Source: Terriglobia bacterium
GTDB taxonomy: Bacteria; Acidobacteriota; Terriglobia; 20CM-2-55-15
Assembly (NCBI GenBank): GCA_963555775.3
Contig: CAUVWY020000005.1
Coordinates: 332,855-396,854, forward strand
Length of the DNA: 64,000 bases
Direction: 5' to 3'
How positions within the stretch are numbered: the first letter of the stretch is position 1; every line of letters starts with the position of its first letter. Below are positions 61,315 to 64,000 of this stretch, piece by piece. Position numbers and translations under genes: made by a program. Under the pieces are notes generated by a model. It made no database searches. It was not told the DNA's origin and saw only the letters and a program-made list of their open reading frames with translations.

Positions 61315-62446
61315 ACGCGTCCTCGTGACTGGAGCGACCGGTTTCCTCGGGAGCCACCTGGCGTACTCGCTGCTTCGGGACGGGCATCAAGTGGTCGCGC
61401 TCGCGCGCTCATCCGAAACCCGGTCCGCCGGCGACCGGCTTGTCGAGGCCCTCGGCCGGGTTCCCGCCGACCCGGACGAAGCATCCGAGGTCCTCGGCCG
61501 GCTCCAGACCGTCGAAGGGGATATCGCGGCGCCAAACGCCGGTCTCGACCGAAGGACGCGCCAAGCGCTCGCGGACGGCATCGATGAAGTGTGGCACTCC
61601 GCGGCCTCGCTGTCCTTTATTGATGAGCATCGACCGGAAATCTTCAGGATGAACGTCGACGGGACACGGAACATCGTCGAATTGACTTCGCGGACACGAA
61701 GCCGAAGATTGCAGCATGTCAGCACGGCGTATGTCGCGGGAATGCGTTCGGGCACCGTTCGCGAATCCGAACTGGACGTGGGCCAGGAGTTCAGAAACCC
61801 GTACGAGGAATCCAAGTGCCGGGCCGAAACCATGATCCGGCGGGACCACATGGACGGACGCATCGTCGTGACGGTGCATCGGCCGAGCGTCGTCATCGGC
61901 GAGTCCCAAACCGGGCGGGCGACGCACCTGCACGGCGTATACGCTTTCATTCGCGGACTCTGGTCGGTAGTGGATCGGACGCGAAAAAAGACGGGCGAGG
62001 AGGTGGTGGAGCTTCCCCTGCGAATACGCGGCTCCAGCAACGAGACGCTCAACTTCGTTCCGATCGACTACGTCACCGCCGCCATGCGGCATGTCGGCTC
62101 GATGGAAGAAAGCGCGGGACAGACCTATCACATGGCCAATCCCGAAGCGACATCGAATGGCAACTGGCTGGGGATCGTCTGCGAACAACTGGGCGTTTGC
62201 GGGATCGAACTGGTTGGAGACGACGCCTTCGACAAGCAGCCCATGACCCGGCTTGAAACGATCTTCCACCGTCAGATGGCGTTCTACTATCGGTATCTGA
62301 CCGGAGAACCCCGATTCGATTGCAGCAATACCCTCGGCGCGCTGGAAGGTACTGGAATCGCTTGCCCTCGGGTGACCGAAGAATTCAGCCGCAAGATGAC
62401 CGACTGGTACGTGGATCGACTCAATTCAGCCGGCGCGTCGAGTTGA
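61301..62446 (+). CDS. Extended SDR, fatty acyl-CoA/thioester reductase-like
   Basis: VTGATGFLGS, HSAA, HVSTAYVAG, YEESK, RPSVVIG, NFVPIDYV. Confidence 0.85.
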   Translation: MSGPERVLVTGATGFLGSHLAYSLLRDGHQVVALARSSETRSAGDRLVEALGRVPADPDEASEVLGRLQTVEGDIAAPNAGLDRRTRQALADGIDEVWHSAASLSFIDEHRPEIFRMNVDGTRNIVELTSRTRSRRLQHVSTAYVAGMRSGTVRESELDVGQEFRNPYEESKCRAETMIRRDHMDGRIVVTVHRPSVVIGESQTGRATHLHGVYAFIRGLWSVVDRTRKKTGEEVVELPLRIRGSSNETLNFVPIDYVTAAMRHVGSMEESAGQTYHMANPEATSNGNWLGIVCEQLGVCGIELVGDDAFDKQPMTRLETIFHRQMAFYYRYLTGEPRFDCSNTLGALEGTGIACPRVTEEFSRKMTDWYVDRLNSAGASS

Positions 62447-62632
62447 CTACAGTCGATGCGTCCAACGGGCGTATCGAGCAGACTACAGTCGATGCGTTCA
62501 CGCATCGAGCAGACGAAATGGCGATGCGGTTCGGCCGGCGCATCGCGCAAACCAAAGGCGATGCCGCCCAACGGACGCATCGAGCAGAACAAAGGCGATG
62601 CGTTCACGCATCGAGCAGTACAAGGTAATACG
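62435..62632. repeat. Array of six ~27-bp palindromic units (CGCATCG...CGATGCG) with 4-10 bp spacers
   Basis: Units start near 62435, 62470, 62501, 62539, 62576 and 62607. Confidence 0.8.
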
Positions 62633-62695
62633 GCCCGCGAAAAGGCGCGAATCTCGTGTTCGCGCCCGACGGAGTGGCAGTTATAATCTGGATGG

Positions 62696-62793
62696 GGGAG
62701 TGAGTAGGGTCCGGTGACTCTCCTGGCCTTCAAAGCCAGTGGGACGTCGGGGAACCGGCGTTCGGTGGGTTCGACTCCCACGCACTTCCGCCA
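62696..62793 (+). tRNA. selC: tRNA-Sec (UCA)
   Basis: 98 nt, anticodon arm CTGGC-CTTCAAA-GCCAG, long variable arm, GGTTCGACTCC, 3' CACTTCC-G-CCA; TATAAT at 62682-62687. Confidence 0.93.
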
Positions 62794-62835
62794 GCTCCCG
62801 TCCGGGATCGGATTTCCCCGATCTCGACTCCATCG

Positions 62836-63183
62836 TCAGCCCTTGGCTGCAGCGATGGCCTTGCTTTCGTCGTCGTAGGTATCGAAAACGGTAAGCAGCT
62901 TGGTGACCTGCAACAAGCCCTTCACCTTGGCGGTCAGATGCAGCAACTTGACGTCGCCTTCCCGGTTGCGAATGGTCGTATAGGTCGACACCAATTCACC
63001 GAGGCCCGAACTGTCTATATATCCCACGTCTTTCAGGTTCAGCACAAACCGTTTGTCACCGTCATCCGCAAATCCTCGAACGGTTGACCGAAGGGACTGG
63101 ACCGGTTCGCCAATCGTCAGCCGCCCCGACAGATCGACGACAACGATGTCATCGACCTTGCGGGTCTTGATCCCTAGACTCAT
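62836..63183 (-). CDS. STAS-domain anti-sigma-factor antagonist
   Basis: VDLSGRLTIG, YIDSSGLGELV, LLQVTKLLTVF. Confidence 0.92.
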   Translation of the reverse strand: MSLGIKTRKVDDIVVVDLSGRLTIGEPVQSLRSTVRGFADDGDKRFVLNLKDVGYIDSSGLGELVSTYTTIRNREGDVKLLHLTAKVKGLLQVTKLLTVFDTYDDESKAIAAAKG

Positions 63184-63485
63184 TCCGCTTCCTCCTTGAA
63201 CGACATCCAAAATCGTCTGCAAACGTCAACGCATGAACAACCCTCAACTATAGCTTAAGTTTCAAGAAAGTTTCGGATGCTTTCACTTTTCATCGTGCCA
63301 AACACCTCTGAAATTCACAAGGATTCCAGAGAGTATCGAAGCTCCGGCGCCGAAATCCGGATGGCGCGCGGGACGAATCCGATGTCGCGTTGAGGTAAGG
63401 TCGGATGGATTACTGGCATCCGTCACGACGAAATGAAACAATCTCAATTGAAACCATTCTCTGAAACCATTGTCAGGAGATCCCA

Positions 63486-64000
63486 ATGCATGCATGGACT
63501 GTGCTGGCGGCGATGACGCTCTTCGTTCAGCAGCCGGACGCCGAAACGCGGGTTGTTGAATATTTGAGGGATAGTGTGGAGCAGGGTCGACGCGTCGAAC
63601 CCTCCCAGTTGGTCAACGAGGTATTCACGACCCCGGAAGAAATGGCCGCGGTCGGACGGCTCTACGACACGTTTTTCAAGGTGCCGATGTTCCTGGTTCA
63701 ATACCAATCCAGCAGTGGAGAAATTCCGACACTGCGGGAGATCGCCGAACAGTTCGCATTCAACGGTCCGGAAACGGCCGATGTCATTCTTGCGCTGATG
63801 GAGGCGGATCCACGAGTTCCCAGGTTCTTCGAACGCGGCGGCGATGGAGAAATCGCCAGTATCGACCCCCAGCCTGTGATCGACCATCCGCAATTCGGGC
63901 AGGCGATCGAACGAACTCTGACGGGATGGGAAGGTCGATCGATGCCCGAGTTCGCGACAGAGACTTTCGACGGACGACCGTTCGTTTCCGATGACATTGC
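63486..64000 (+). CDS. Exported protein running off the window end, possibly TlpA/redoxin-like
   Basis: AGGAG RBS; open frame MHAWTVLAAM... to WEGRSMPEFATETFDGRPFVSDDI, which resembles the start of a redoxin fold; absent from the ORF track because it has no stop. Confidence 0.6.
   Translation, partial: MHAWTVLAAMTLFVQQPDAETRVVEYLRDSVEQGRRVEPSQLVNEVFTTPEEMAAVGRLYDTFFKVPMFLVQYQSSSGEIPTLREIAEQFAFNGPETADVILALMEADPRVPRFFERGGDGEIASIDPQPVIDHPQFGQAIERTLTGWEGRSMPEFATETFDGRPFVSDDI

Noticed and set aside
62435-62632. CRISPR array
   Set aside because: Spacers are only 4-10 bp and partly repeated, repeats are degenerate, and no cas genes are present

Overview
GC-rich bacterial chromosome segment. Gene content and order suggest Acidobacteriota (inference, no search run). 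1-32.9 kb is core genome: an LPS heptosyltransferase-like GT9 gene, rimP-nusA-infB-DUF503-rbfA-truB-rpsO-pnp, a UbiD/MqnL decarboxylase, gmd, a sigma54-type minor-pilin trio, carAB, lepB, hrcA-grpE-dnaJ-rsmE, lplA, a DegP protease and an aminotransferase, with two MITE families interspersed. A tmRNA gene (32953-33302) is followed by a decaying ~14.4 kb genomic island of defence type. The island holds a P4-like integrase with an internal TAG, an IS1380 splitting a DUF6527 gene, an IS3, PemK/MazF and HicAB toxin-antitoxin pairs, a ~1700-aa exonuclease-RecQ-UvrD fusion, a DUF4238 gene and an eroded DUF6088/AbiEii pair. Next comes a sigma54-type nitrate/nitrite assimilation cluster whose Mo-enzyme is joined by a NarI-like membrane protein, a 4Fe-4S subunit, a bc1-type Rieske protein and a small membrane protein; this is the most unusual intact system here. 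The window ends with OsmC, an MFS transporter, dusB, a glycosyltransferase + FAR-like SDR pair, a palindromic micro-array, tRNA-Sec, a STAS protein and a truncated ORF. Family assignments come from motif recognition by eye.
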